Positions 47,918 to 58,486 of a DNA stretch of 64,000 bases are shown piece after piece. The notes below the pieces were generated by a model that had not been told where the DNA came from, did not search any database, and saw only the letters and a program-made list of their open reading frames with translations. This DNA is from an uncultured Prevotella sp. (GTDB lineage Bacteria > Bacteroidota > Bacteroidia > Bacteroidales > Bacteroidaceae), in NCBI GenBank assembly GCA_900539625.1, contig UQCW01000002.1:74455-138454 (forward strand), read 5' to 3'. Positions within the stretch are counted from its first letter, which is position 1. Every line of letters begins with the position of its first letter. Both the position numbers and the translations under genes were made by a program.

Positions 47918-50900
47918 TCATTTACCTAAATTGCGCTTCGCAATAGCCACTTCTGGTGTGTCCAACAATTTCATTCCTGTAATAGAACCATATTCAGCTA
48001 ACTTGTCATGCGACAATTCGTGATTATAGACATAGTTACGAACGCGAGCATTTATTAATCTGAGAATTACAGGATTATTCTTATAGGTTTTCACCATTGC
48101 TCTCAAATCATTGGCTCTCATAGTTCCATAATATGTATTAATAGTGAAAGAGATGATGGCAGCAGCTGGAGTACCGATTTTTTCAGCTACCTTTTCATAG
48201 ATTTCTGGCATTCCTGTTCCGCCAGTTCCTACCGATAAAGATAATCTTGCAAATGAAAACAGGCAGAATTTCATCAAAACCATTTGAAGCAAACGATTTA
48301 GACGTTCTTGGATTTTCTTTTCATTTGTTCCCTTTATCAAGTTCGGATTCTTTGTTATCTCCTCAACAAAAGATTTCCTGTCATCTTCGATTATCTTGGT
48401 AATAAAAGATAATGAGCGGAATGTCGCGTAATATGCATCTTCAATCAACCCCATCAATTCGTCCTTTCGGAGCGTGTCACGTTGATTCTTTACGATTTGC
48501 CCCATTATTTGTGTCACAAATAGTGAGTTCCTGAAATCTATCAGATCTTGATTTTGCTCATATTCTTCATTGTCTGGCAGTGCTTCAGCAGAACTTGCCT
48601 TTCGTATCGCCATGTCTTCCTTATCATGGGCGGCCAAACGTTTGTATCTTTCCTTCCTGTAATCTACACCCTCTCTCAAGACATCTTCTTTAAAGGAATT
48701 AACCAAGTCAGCCAAACGACTATATAATTTATCATCTGTATTAAGAGTAATAGGGTCCAATTTCTCGAAAGGCAACCAACTGATAAATTTTATTTCTGTA
48801 AGGAGTGTGTCACTATTGTCCAAATAAGCAAGGAATAATAATATGTTGGCATTGTTTTCTTTATGCAGTGAATTGCAGAGTTCTTTTACTTCCCTTTCAC
48901 CTTCTTCCGTGTTAATGATTCGAGACAACTTTAATGCAGTTAGATAGAAAAACAAATATTTATATGAGAATTGGTAAACTTTATCCTCTTGTTCCTTAAT
49001 AATAGCGGATTCTTTCAACTTGGCTAAGAATGTTTCTTTAGTCGCAACAACATTTCTTTCTTTAGAGTATTCTGCATAAAAGTCATTATAGTTTACAGCA
49101 TCTTTTATGTCACATTCTGCAAACGAACTTACTTTCTTCTTGTACATTTCGTAAGACAATTCCGACAAGAACATACTATATCCATCTAATTTACCTTGTT
49201 GAACCCCAGATCTAATAAGAGATGCAAACAATAGACTTTGATATAATGCAGCGTATGAAGTTGGCGAGACATCAAAAGTATTAACACCTGTGTCGATATT
49301 TTGCAACAGCGTAAGCAAGAATATTGGATTTGACGGCAACAACTGTTTGCCTAATATGTTTGCGACTTGATCATAAGCTGTTTTTACTGCTTCTGCCAAC
49401 TTGTTATTGTCAACGGTATATATATCAGAGCCTAACATTATCCATCTTTCTATCAACAGATTACGCTTTACATATCCAAGAGAATGTACAGAATAATATA
49501 TCACATCCATATTGTCAGCAGTAGACAAGAATCCCCTAATATCTATATTCTCTGATGTAGTAATTATAACCTTGTCATAAACTTTCAATAATGATGAGAT
49601 AAGTTCCTTCATTCCCGATTTATTGAGAGAAGACTTATCCATATTATCTATAAAGACAATTCGTTTTGACCTTTCAATGGTATAATACTCTTGAAATTTC
49701 TTTTTGGATTTGTCATATTGATTGTCATACGCTCTGTTCAATAAATGCTTGATGTTGACCTTCGTGATATCTTTTCCATGAAGCAATATTGGATAGATTG
49801 AGCGATGATAGCATTGAGATATGAGCATCTTTAGCAATGCTGTTTTCCCACACTGGCTTTCTCCTTCCAAGATTATCACTTTCGTCGCTTCGTTATACGA
49901 AAAAATTTCCTTTGAGTCTATATATGTATAAACCCTGTCATCATCTACGTTTCCATTCAATGGTTCCAAATCAGGATATACATATATATCATCCAATAAC
50001 AGAGGGTCTTTACGTGGATGCTTAATTGGAGCATCCAAGCTATGAAGATATGTATAAAATTGCTCTGTAAAGTCAAAAGAATGACCATGATAAGTAATCG
50101 GAACATTCTTTTCTGCAATAGGTAGGCAAACATCTTTCTTTGCGTCAATAGAAATTGTATATAATACAGCATTTGTTAAATCCGTATCATCAAATACAAG
50201 AACAGAAAAGGATTGTTCTTCACCCTGTTGCAAAGAATCATTCTCTAAATATAAAATTGCAGCTCTATTGTCCAAATCCGAAATTTGCTTTCCACGATGT
50301 TGATGTTCGTGACCACACATCAATATTTGCGATTGCTTTTGAATGTGCTCACTAAATAAATGGTTGTTATTTTTCGTTCCGCGTGTTGCTAACCAACCTG
50401 TCTTGTGGTGAAAAACGGATATGACAATATCATTTCTTCCATTGTCATCATTGTACGTTATGAAATTTGCTTCTGGAACAATTAGGCTTTGTGGTTGTTC
50501 ATTTATGGTGGACAATAAAGCTGTATTATAGCAATGAAATATCAGAGAACTGTTATTGTTGATTTTTATTTGTTTCTCGTAAGAAATTCGATTCAGGTGT
50601 TCTTCTTCACTTAATTCAGCATAAAATTTCCAAAACTCATATTGAGGTTTCAGGGCCTCGCTTTCATATTCATTACGTTTAAAAGCTCCATTATCCAAGA
50701 CATCTTTTAGTACGAAGTCACGAAAAGGCACATCCATTCCAAAATCCAAGTCGTGATTACCTGGAACAAAAACGTACTCCCAAGAGTCAAACTTTCTCTC
50801 CTTTTCAATTTCATTCTTGAAATCTTGAAACATTTTCTTCGCAAATTGGTAGTTTGCGACATTCCCTTTATCAACGATGTCTCCAGTGACAACGACTGCC

Positions 50901-51022
50901 ACTTTTGAACACTCATTTAGAATAGAAGCAGTGGCACGTGCAAGATTTCTTGATTTTTCCACAATATAGTCTGTTCCCGATGTTATGTGAAGATCAGACA
51001 TTTGAATAACTGCTAATTTCAT
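47918..51022 (-). CDS. Calcineurin-like metallophosphoesterase – STAND-type P-loop NTPase fusion protein
   Basis: The N-terminal 290 aa carry the full metallophosphoesterase motif set: SDLHI, VVTGDIVDKG, GNHD, FHHK, CGHEHQH. These are followed by Walker A GESQCGKTALL and Walker B RIVFIDNMD, then ~550 aa of helical C-terminal region. Confidence 0.65.
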   Translation of the reverse strand: MKLAVIQMSDLHITSGTDYIVEKSRNLARATASILNECSKVAVVVTGDIVDKGNVANYQFAKKMFQDFKNEIEKERKFDSWEYVFVPGNHDLDFGMDVPFRDFVLKDVLDNGAFKRNEYESEALKPQYEFWKFYAELSEEEHLNRISYEKQIKINNNSSLIFHCYNTALLSTINEQPQSLIVPEANFITYNDDNGRNDIVISVFHHKTGWLATRGTKNNNHLFSEHIQKQSQILMCGHEHQHRGKQISDLDNRAAILYLENDSLQQGEEQSFSVLVFDDTDLTNAVLYTISIDAKKDVCLPIAEKNVPITYHGHSFDFTEQFYTYLHSLDAPIKHPRKDPLLLDDIYVYPDLEPLNGNVDDDRVYTYIDSKEIFSYNEATKVIILEGESQCGKTALLKMLISQCYHRSIYPILLHGKDITKVNIKHLLNRAYDNQYDKSKKKFQEYYTIERSKRIVFIDNMDKSSLNKSGMKELISSLLKVYDKVIITTSENIDIRGFLSTADNMDVIYYSVHSLGYVKRNLLIERWIMLGSDIYTVDNNKLAEAVKTAYDQVANILGKQLLPSNPIFLLTLLQNIDTGVNTFDVSPTSYAALYQSLLFASLIRSGVQQGKLDGYSMFLSELSYEMYKKKVSSFAECDIKDAVNYNDFYAEYSKERNVVATKETFLAKLKESAIIKEQEDKVYQFSYKYLFFYLTALKLSRIINTEEGEREVKELCNSLHKENNANILLFLAYLDNSDTLLTEIKFISWLPFEKLDPITLNTDDKLYSRLADLVNSFKEDVLREGVDYRKERYKRLAAHDKEDMAIRKASSAEALPDNEEYEQNQDLIDFRNSLFVTQIMGQIVKNQRDTLRKDELMGLIEDAYYATFRSLSFITKIIEDDRKSFVEEITKNPNLIKGTNEKKIQERLNRLLQMVLMKFCLFSFARLSLSVGTGGTGMPEIYEKVAEKIGTPAAAIISFTINTYYGTMRANDLRAMVKTYKNNPVILRLINARVRNYVYNHELSHDKLAEYGSITGMKLLDTPEVAIAKRNLGK

Positions 51023-51044
51023 ACGTTACAATTATTTCTTGATA

Positions 51045-51491
51045 CTATCCTTTATACGCCCCATCCTTTGCTTCAAATATCACACTCGGCTCTATCACTT
51101 CCACCGTGTGCCATGCCCCTTTTGGTATCTGACATCCATACTTTGCCTCCGCTGGGCAAAGATGAATGCGTTGCACCTCACGATACTCTACTTTCCGTAT
51201 TACATCCTGCGTATCTATACCCATAGGCAGGGCTTCAGATGCAGCATTCTCGTATGTCACTACCTCCTCATATATAATTTCATCCATTTTTCCACACAAG
51301 CAAACAACTGTTTCTGTCGTGTTCTCATGCCTGTGGATAGGCACAACCGTACCAGGAAGTAATGCATTTAAGATACGCTGACTATTATCAGCCGAAGATG
51401 TACGCAAATCAAAACTCTGACGTAATCTTGGGTTTATTGTGGCTTGCTCAAAGAGCTTACCTAAAAAGTCTTTATCAAATTCCATAGTCAT
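51045..51491 (-). CDS. wbuC: WbuC-family cupin-fold protein
   Basis: 148 aa with a cupin His cluster (…VVPIHRHENTTE…); terminal gene of the polysaccharide locus. Confidence 0.55.
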   Translation of the reverse strand: MTMEFDKDFLGKLFEQATINPRLRQSFDLRTSSADNSQRILNALLPGTVVPIHRHENTTETVVCLCGKMDEIIYEEVVTYENAASEALPMGIDTQDVIRKVEYREVQRIHLCPAEAKYGCQIPKGAWHTVEVIEPSVIFEAKDGAYKG

Positions 51492-51570
51492 TAATCATTT
51501 GGTAGGTGATGTGCCTTTCTTGGCACGAACAAATATTTGCAGAATTGCCAAACAGCATATAGTAATCTTC

Positions 51571-52209
51571 TCATCGTTCTGTGACAATAACCTTGAATGT
51601 CTCGAAGATTAGCTTTACATCATACCAGAACGAGCTATTCTTCACATACTCCAAGTACAGCTTTATCTTCTCCTGCATAATCACATGGATATAGTAATCC
51701 TCAGGATCCTCAGCCTTTTCCATCAGTTCGTTCTCGTTGCGGAACTTGATGCTGGCAGGGTCGGTGATTCCTGGACGAACATCCAATACGTGCATCTGTT
51801 CGAGTGTCCAGTAATTCACATAGTGACGCACTTCAGGACGAGGACCAACCAAACTCATATCTCCAATAAACACGTTTATAAGCTGGGGGAGTTCATCAAA
51901 CTTATATTTACGGATATAATATCCCGAACGGGTCACACGAGGATCACGACCACCAATGGTTACTAAAGAACCCTTATCTGCTCCTACACGCATAGATCGG
52001 AATTTGAATATTCTGAAATCCTTATTTCCACGTCCCACACGCACTTGTCTATAAAACACGGGACCTTTAGAATCAAATTTGATCCAAATAGCCAATATTA
52101 TAAACAATGGGCTTAAAACTATTAATCCACAACCAGATGCAACTATGTCAAATAATCTTTTCATACTTTTAGGGTAAGAAAAACCTGAAGATAAAGATAT
52201 TGTCTTCAT
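51571..52209 (-). CDS. Initiating sugar-1-phosphate transferase (bacterial sugar transferase family, PglC/WbaP C-terminal type)
   Basis: One N-terminal TM helix, then …FYRQVRVGRGNKDFRIFKFRSM…DELPQLINVFIGDMSLVGPRP, the conserved PF02397 core. Confidence 0.8.
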   Translation of the reverse strand: MKTISLSSGFSYPKSMKRLFDIVASGCGLIVLSPLFIILAIWIKFDSKGPVFYRQVRVGRGNKDFRIFKFRSMRVGADKGSLVTIGGRDPRVTRSGYYIRKYKFDELPQLINVFIGDMSLVGPRPEVRHYVNYWTLEQMHVLDVRPGITDPASIKFRNENELMEKAEDPEDYYIHVIMQEKIKLYLEYVKNSSFWYDVKLIFETFKVIVTER

Positions 52210-52233
52210 CTCCAGGCCTTTGATAATTAATGA

Positions 52234-53523
52234 TTACAATTCAGATACTATCTCTACGAAATTCTCTATCACATACTCCAAATCCTCGTCTGTCATCTTT
52301 GTGTTCAACGGCAGAGTAACCTCATTAACAAACATATTATAAGCGTTAGGAAAATCTTTAATGTCGAAGCCCAACTTCTTATAGGCCGTCATCATGGGTA
52401 GTGGTTTGTAGTGAACATTTGTAGCAATGCCACGTTCCGCCATCTTTTCTATCACCTTGTTTGTTTCCTCACGAGTCTTACCCAACAGACGAACCAAATA
52501 CAAGTGTCCCGATGAAGTATGCTCCTCGTCATAATGGTTCAGCACAGCCACGTTCAAGGGTTTCAAAGCCTCATCATAACGCTCAATCATCTTGCGTCTG
52601 TGCTCCAGCATACCCTTATAACGTTGCATCTGCACCAGTCCGATAGCAGCCACCACGTCAGTCATATTACATTTATACCAAGTGCCAATGATGTCATACT
52701 CCCAAGCACCCAGCTTAGTCTTAGCCAGAGCATCCTTGTTCTGTCCATGCAGACTCAACAGCTGTACCTTACGATAAAGATTCTCATTCCAAGTCTCTCC
52801 CTCAATCTCAGGCACACCACTAAATGTATTATCCACATTCTTGTCCAAGTCCTTCACCACCTTCTCATTACCGAAAGGCAGATTCCACGACAAGGCACCA
52901 CCCTCAGCAGTTGTGAAATTCTTCACAGCATGGAACGAGAAAGACGAGAAGTCGGCAATTGCTCCCACCATCTTTCCCTTGCGTGATGCACCAAAGGCAT
53001 GTGCGGCATCACAGCAAATGGCAACACGTCCAAGCATCTTCTGCAAGTCGGTCTTAGGAGTAAACATCTCCTTCTTGCCTTCCACGATACTATACAGTCT
53101 GTCGTAGTCGCAAGGAATACCAGCCAAGTCAACTGGAATGATAGCCTTAGTATTAGGAGTGATAGCCTTCTCCACAGCCTCATAGTCCATTTCAAGGCAA
53201 TCCTTCTGCACATCCACAAACACTAACTTGGCACCCACATGCTCCACAATAGAAGCACTTGCTGTATATGTATAGGCAGGCACAATCACCTCGTCGCCCT
53301 CACCAACGCCCAACAGTCTAAGAGCCATTTCACCACAAGCAGTTTGCGAGTTAAGGCATACAGCCTTTTGCACACCCACAAACTCAGCAACTTCTTTCTC
53401 TAACTTTTTTGTGCGTGGTCCAGTTGTAATCCAACCAGACAAAATAGCATCACGCACTTCTGCAGCCTCAGCCTCCGTCATATCAGGCGGAGAGAAAGGC
53501 ACATTACGCAATTTCATTGTCAT
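52234..53523 (-). CDS. DegT/DnrJ/EryC1/StrS-family PLP-dependent sugar aminotransferase
   Basis: The motifs and length (429 aa) fit the family; the conserved PLP-lysine region SFSFHAVKNFTTAEGGAL is present. Confidence 0.8.
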   Translation of the reverse strand: MTMKLRNVPFSPPDMTEAEAAEVRDAILSGWITTGPRTKKLEKEVAEFVGVQKAVCLNSQTACGEMALRLLGVGEGDEVIVPAYTYTASASIVEHVGAKLVFVDVQKDCLEMDYEAVEKAITPNTKAIIPVDLAGIPCDYDRLYSIVEGKKEMFTPKTDLQKMLGRVAICCDAAHAFGASRKGKMVGAIADFSSFSFHAVKNFTTAEGGALSWNLPFGNEKVVKDLDKNVDNTFSGVPEIEGETWNENLYRKVQLLSLHGQNKDALAKTKLGAWEYDIIGTWYKCNMTDVVAAIGLVQMQRYKGMLEHRRKMIERYDEALKPLNVAVLNHYDEEHTSSGHLYLVRLLGKTREETNKVIEKMAERGIATNVHYKPLPMMTAYKKLGFDIKDFPNAYNMFVNEVTLPLNTKMTDEDLEYVIENFVEIVSEL

Positions 53524-53756
53524 AATATGATTATAAAATGTTTAATTGATTAAATTATTTATTTAGATAAGTTCAATTCTACTATCTTTATTGCTGAAAT
53601 TCAGCACTTTACAGATGGGCAAGAAAATACTTCATCCAAACCTCCATAAGGTTTGAGTGTAAATAAAATTTATGAGTAATTTATGGATAATTTATGGAAA
53701 TTCGTGTTTAAAAATGACACGATAGTCTATTGTAAAGGCGGTAAATATTATAATGT

Positions 53757-54857
53757 CTATTTACGATTCCACACACTCTTTTTTCCCCACTTCCAATTCA
53801 CCCAAGAGCGAATTCTCAACAAGAATCCCATTAAGTGATTTTCTTTGCTATACACCAACTGATACTTCCAACGGTTCTTGAAGTATCGTTTTATCTTACT
53901 TGGCAAAGAATGTACATCCACAGATGTTGGATTTAGAATTTCAGCTAATATCCGTTCTTCTATATCCTTATACCTTGGCCAGTCAGGGAAACAATCAGAA
54001 GGAATACCAATATGGTCCATACATATTCCATTCAAGCAGCATAGGAATTTGAAATAACCTCCTTCAATAGCCAATGCCTTAATCTTCTCCCAATCTATCT
54101 GATTAGTATCAGAGTTAAGGTTTGCATTTTTCACCACCAAAGCATAGTCAACTATTTGCCTTAGATTAGCTCCACCATACACAAAGTGTCCAGCAAAATG
54201 TAAGGGTAAAAAAACAACATTAAACATTGTAGAAGGTAACCAACATCCAGATTCCTCATCAAGATGAAGATTTCTTTCAAGGTCATCCTTTAAGAACTCT
54301 TCCACCTTCAATAGCGAGAGGTGTTCTTGCTCACAAATCATAGAAGCGTGGTTCTCTACGTGAAAGCCATTAATGCTATATACACTATGCTTTTCCTCAT
54401 TCTGTTTTACTTCAATGCCCTTCTCCTTTATCAGTTCATCAGCATACTGCCCTTTTCCACAGAAGTAAACATCCAAATCACCACTCCCTCGATGTTTAGG
54501 AATAGGATATAACTTCGACAGACCATATCCCTTCATCAACACCATCTTCAAGCCATGTTTAGAGAAGAAGGAAGCAAGTTCTTTTATGAACACCTTTTGA
54601 CGTTCATACTCTTTCTCTAACGTCATCACACTGCCAATCCACTTTATCAATACATTTCGTGGTGGCATAGCCCCATTAGATTTTAATTTATCAAGAGCAT
54701 CTAAACATAATCCAAGAACCGATTGCTGTCCTGCTATCCGCATCAGCTTAAACCAATCGTTTTCGGATAGTGAAGAAAATAAAGTTGAATCTGTAGGTTG
54801 AGTGTTTAGACTATAATGTAGGAGTAATAAAATACGTTTACGATTCATTTGTATCAT
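53757..54857 (-). CDS. Uncharacterised nucleotidyltransferase-fold protein (polysaccharide-locus type)
   Basis: HRGSGDLDVYF is a nucleotidyltransferase hG[GS]…D.D motif. ATG at 54857 overlaps the GT2 stop as ATGA. The ORF-track start 54956 is TTG and would overlap the GT2 gene by 100 bp. Confidence 0.5.
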   Translation of the reverse strand: MIQMNRKRILLLLHYSLNTQPTDSTLFSSLSENDWFKLMRIAGQQSVLGLCLDALDKLKSNGAMPPRNVLIKWIGSVMTLEKEYERQKVFIKELASFFSKHGLKMVLMKGYGLSKLYPIPKHRGSGDLDVYFCGKGQYADELIKEKGIEVKQNEEKHSVYSINGFHVENHASMICEQEHLSLLKVEEFLKDDLERNLHLDEESGCWLPSTMFNVVFLPLHFAGHFVYGGANLRQIVDYALVVKNANLNSDTNQIDWEKIKALAIEGGYFKFLCCLNGICMDHIGIPSDCFPDWPRYKDIEERILAEILNPTSVDVHSLPSKIKRYFKNRWKYQLVYSKENHLMGFLLRIRSWVNWKWGKKSVWNRK

Positions 54858-55846
54858 TTCAATCTTCTTCCAGTGAAGAAACCTACTATCGTACCCCATC
54901 CATACGAGATATGCACACAGAAGAACATCAAGAACAATGGTAACAGATATTTCCAACCATGTTTTTTAGCTGCCATTACTGAAGCCAATAAGTCACATGC
55001 AAAATACAAGCACAAACAGGCTAATAATGCAAAGAAGAAAGGCAACCATACGAATGACAAAAAGACACCACATATAATACCTATTACGAACAATAGAGGC
55101 ACAAGATGACGTAAACCTATAGATTCTCTGTCTACATAAAACAAATGACCGATAGATTCACCATTGGCATACATCTGCTTGCAAGATGTGCGTAAAGTGG
55201 GACGAGCATAATAAGAACTCACAATCTCAGGGTCAAAGTATACTTTATATCCAGCTTTGCGAATACGAGAATTGTATTCGTTATCTTCTGCACGAGGAAG
55301 ATCTTCACGCATACCTCCTACATTATTAAACACAGTACGAGGGAATGCACCAAACGGAACAGAGTCAACATAGTCTGGTTTCATTCCTACACGAAAAGCA
55401 GAACCTCCTATACCAAAGCGAGAATAGTTCAAAATGGCATTAGTTTTCGCCCATAACGTTTCCTTAAAAGGCAGAATTATACAACGACCACCCACGTTGC
55501 CTCTTTCACTATCAGTTTCCAATCCTTTGATACACTTTTCTATATAATCATTATTATATAATGCGTGTGCATCCAAACGTACAATATAAGGTGCATCAGA
55601 TGACTTCACACCGATATTAAAGGCTATTGATTGTATTCTACCTGGATTATTGAGGAATCGTATATTCTGATATTTACGTTTATACTCCTCCACTATATTC
55701 TTTGTTCTATCCTTACTTCCACCATCAACCACCATCACATCCATATCATTAAACGGATAAGACTGAGCAATAACGGAATCAAGACAACGGGCTATAAACT
55801 TCTCCTCGTTTAAGGTAGGGATAACTACTGCTACTTTATAATTCAT
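54854..55846 (-). CDS. Family 2 glycosyltransferase with C-terminal membrane helices
   Basis: N-terminus VVIPTLNEEKFIARCLDSVIAQSY…; DxD-like RAEDNEY; hydrophobic C-terminus. Confidence 0.75.
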   Translation of the reverse strand: MNYKVAVVIPTLNEEKFIARCLDSVIAQSYPFNDMDVMVVDGGSKDRTKNIVEEYKRKYQNIRFLNNPGRIQSIAFNIGVKSSDAPYIVRLDAHALYNNDYIEKCIKGLETDSERGNVGGRCIILPFKETLWAKTNAILNYSRFGIGGSAFRVGMKPDYVDSVPFGAFPRTVFNNVGGMREDLPRAEDNEYNSRIRKAGYKVYFDPEIVSSYYARPTLRTSCKQMYANGESIGHLFYVDRESIGLRHLVPLLFVIGIICGVFLSFVWLPFFFALLACLCLYFACDLLASVMAAKKHGWKYLLPLFLMFFCVHISYGWGTIVGFFTGRRLK

Positions 55847-55849
55847 ATA

Positions 55850-57040
55850 TCAACGTTTTCCTAATAATAATCTGATTTTATGCTGTAAACTCACTGGTAT
55901 GGAACTCCAAATCAAGTATGACAATTTGAAATCGTGTTTCTTCCAATACTGATTAACTTCTGCCCAGTTCATTCTCTTTCTCCATTCAGAAAGGATAACA
56001 CTACGTTTATCAGTATGCCTTGACGGATGATTCAGTGGCTCATTACCGTCTTTTATATCTTCATACGATACAGTATATTGCTCTATACCACAAGAGTCAA
56101 CAACTGTTTTTCCTCTATCCGAATTGACTAAAAGACAGGATACACCTTTCTCTATATCTATTTTTTCTTTTAAATCTGCCCTTCTTCCTACAACGCCCCA
56201 AAAGTCACCAATAGTGATATCTGCACCACGTTCAGGTTTTGCATAAGGACATTCATAGCAGGAGTCTCTATAAGTCTCACCCTCGAGGAAATAAGTCATA
56301 TACGAAGACAAACGATGATTTATCTTCTTTACACTACCGTTTTTATAGACTATCAAATTGTTGAAAGTCCAACCCTGGCCTTTATCCCTGAATAAGAAGT
56401 CCTTTATTGAGGCTTTATTGTAAAGTGTCAACGAGGAATGAAACATCTTAACATTAGGAACACCATGACAGATTACCTCAATAGTTAGCAGATTCTCATT
56501 ACTCTTTGTATATCTCTTAACAGCAGCCACTTGGCAAGGAGTTCCTGAAAAGAGAACTTTTCTTCCTGACTTTAGAGCATCTTTTACCGATTTATAAATG
56601 CCATTTGTATCACTTTGAACATATTTCGACCCATACATTCTACGCAACTCTTTGACATTGTCTGTAAGAATATGACGTGGATTAAGGTCTGCATCGATAA
56701 TACAACCTGCAACCATCCAGCCTTTAGAAATAAGATACTCTGCTATAGCTGCAAATACTCCACCAGACGATGACATTTTTATTTTATCCTTATCCGAACG
56801 AACAGCAGCAGAAGTTGATATTGGAGCTGTCGTTTCTGTCGGATGCACTATTACACATTGTTTTGAGCACAACCCACAATCAATGCAATTAGAATCGTCA
56901 ATAATAGGTCTTTTATATCCAAGAGAATCCTCAGACATCGTTATGCATCCTTTTGGGCACACATTTTCGCATAACCCACAACCTGAACATTCTTTGCTTT
57001 CAAAATCTGTTACTCTTTGTTTTTCGAAAACCTTTTTCAT
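55850..57040 (-). CDS. FrhB-like (coenzyme F420 hydrogenase/dehydrogenase beta-subunit family) oxidoreductase with N-terminal 2x[4Fe-4S] ferredoxin domain
   Basis: CSGCGLCENVCP and CIDCGLCSKQC cluster motifs. It directly precedes a pyruvyl-transferase gene, a recognised pairing. Confidence 0.65.
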   Translation of the reverse strand: MKKVFEKQRVTDFESKECSGCGLCENVCPKGCITMSEDSLGYKRPIIDDSNCIDCGLCSKQCVIVHPTETTAPISTSAAVRSDKDKIKMSSSGGVFAAIAEYLISKGWMVAGCIIDADLNPRHILTDNVKELRRMYGSKYVQSDTNGIYKSVKDALKSGRKVLFSGTPCQVAAVKRYTKSNENLLTIEVICHGVPNVKMFHSSLTLYNKASIKDFLFRDKGQGWTFNNLIVYKNGSVKKINHRLSSYMTYFLEGETYRDSCYECPYAKPERGADITIGDFWGVVGRRADLKEKIDIEKGVSCLLVNSDRGKTVVDSCGIEQYTVSYEDIKDGNEPLNHPSRHTDKRSVILSEWRKRMNWAEVNQYWKKHDFKLSYLIWSSIPVSLQHKIRLLLGKR

Positions 57041-57067
57041 TATAATGGTTTTATTTTTTTTATTCCA

Positions 57068-58207
57068 TCATTTTTTACGACAAGACATTACAGACTCTTG
57101 TAAATACCTCTTTGCTATTTCTCTTTCAGCAGTTAGTATCTCATCAGAATGTGTAAAGTCTAAGTTTATCTCTGTATTTGCTTCTTCACTTGGTTCATAC
57201 CTCTCCATCAGTCCAACTTTCTTCAATAAAGAGATCACACGGCTACTCTGCGAATGTGCGGCACCATAATTTCTATCAAATACAAAGAAAGGAGTATGCA
57301 AGTTTATTGAGAAGGCTGTACCGTGAAAAGAGTCTGTAACAACAGCTACAGCATTATCTACCAAACTTAGAAACTCAAGTGGACCTGTTGGCACTACGTT
57401 TGTGGCATAACTCATATCCTCATGTTCATAAGGAATGGCAATAACGTCACATTGGTATTTCTTTTTGAGATTGTTTATACAACACTTTGCTTGTCGAGAT
57501 GGAGCATCAAGGAAATATGCTAATATGTATTTATTATTTTGATTCTGTATCTCAAGCTTTTTTCTCCATGTCTCTCCATTCAGCAATAGTGTTGGATCAA
57601 GAAGATGTAGAGCTTCTCTACCACACAGTTCCTTTATTAACTTTACGCCACTATCCTCTCTAACAGAAAGGTGTTTTACCTCTGAAATCCACTTTCTTAG
57701 TTTCTTCTCGTTATATTTTGCCACAAAGTCATGTCCCATACTTGTGGCAAATGATATACGTTTATCTTTTGGAGCAAATCTAAGATAATACATAGGGTCT
57801 ACATAAAGCGTTGTTGGATCCCACAGTTGGTCACTTCCTGCAACACAAGCAACAGAATCCTTTGCCTCCTTTTGCAACTCCGACCATCCCATTCTCTTCG
57901 GTTGTAGATATTTATCTTCAAAATCAGAGAACCTTTTTACTGAATCACCTATCAAGGTTTTCTGATATGAGCTTTTGTATGCTTTTAGAGTTTTTGTATC
58001 AACCGTAAGCAACGTTCTCCATAGTATCGTGAATAATTTACCCAATCTTATATCACGTCCTTTAACTATGCTTTTTCTTGCAACCAATTCACACTCACAT
58101 CCCAATTCTTCTATTATGGATTTTGTTGCAAACGTCTGCAATGACGACCCGTAATTATAACCAGAAAAAAGGGTTGTTAATAATATCTTGTTCATCGTAT
58201 ATTTCAT
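57068..58207 (-). CDS. Polysaccharide pyruvyl transferase
   Basis: GSDQLWDP motif (PS_pyruv_trans family). Confidence 0.75.
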   Translation of the reverse strand: MKYTMNKILLTTLFSGYNYGSSLQTFATKSIIEELGCECELVARKSIVKGRDIRLGKLFTILWRTLLTVDTKTLKAYKSSYQKTLIGDSVKRFSDFEDKYLQPKRMGWSELQKEAKDSVACVAGSDQLWDPTTLYVDPMYYLRFAPKDKRISFATSMGHDFVAKYNEKKLRKWISEVKHLSVREDSGVKLIKELCGREALHLLDPTLLLNGETWRKKLEIQNQNNKYILAYFLDAPSRQAKCCINNLKKKYQCDVIAIPYEHEDMSYATNVVPTGPLEFLSLVDNAVAVVTDSFHGTAFSINLHTPFFVFDRNYGAAHSQSSRVISLLKKVGLMERYEPSEEANTEINLDFTHSDEILTAEREIAKRYLQESVMSCRKK

Positions 58208-58486
58208 TATAAATCCTCTAAAGTAATATCAGGAGCATAAGTTGTTTCTATTTTATTTCCATACAACAAGAAGCCATCAATATGTGCGAATTCTTTTAGA
58301 TCAAACTCGGCATCACCCCAAAACTGATTGGCCCATTATTGTGTATGTTCTTTGGTTATCGGATTCCGTTATCATTACGATAATCCTTTATGGTTTCATC
58401 GATGTCTTCTATTAAGCTCTTCATTTTATAACTTTATTATGTTTGCATGCAATTAAGGGCTTAACAGAGAGACTTATATCTGAATG

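Noticed and set aside
53757-54956. Long form of the nucleotidyltransferase gene starting at 54956
   Set aside because: That start is a TTG and would overlap the upstream GT2 gene by about 100 bp. An ATG at 54857 gives a classic ATGA stop-start overlap instead.
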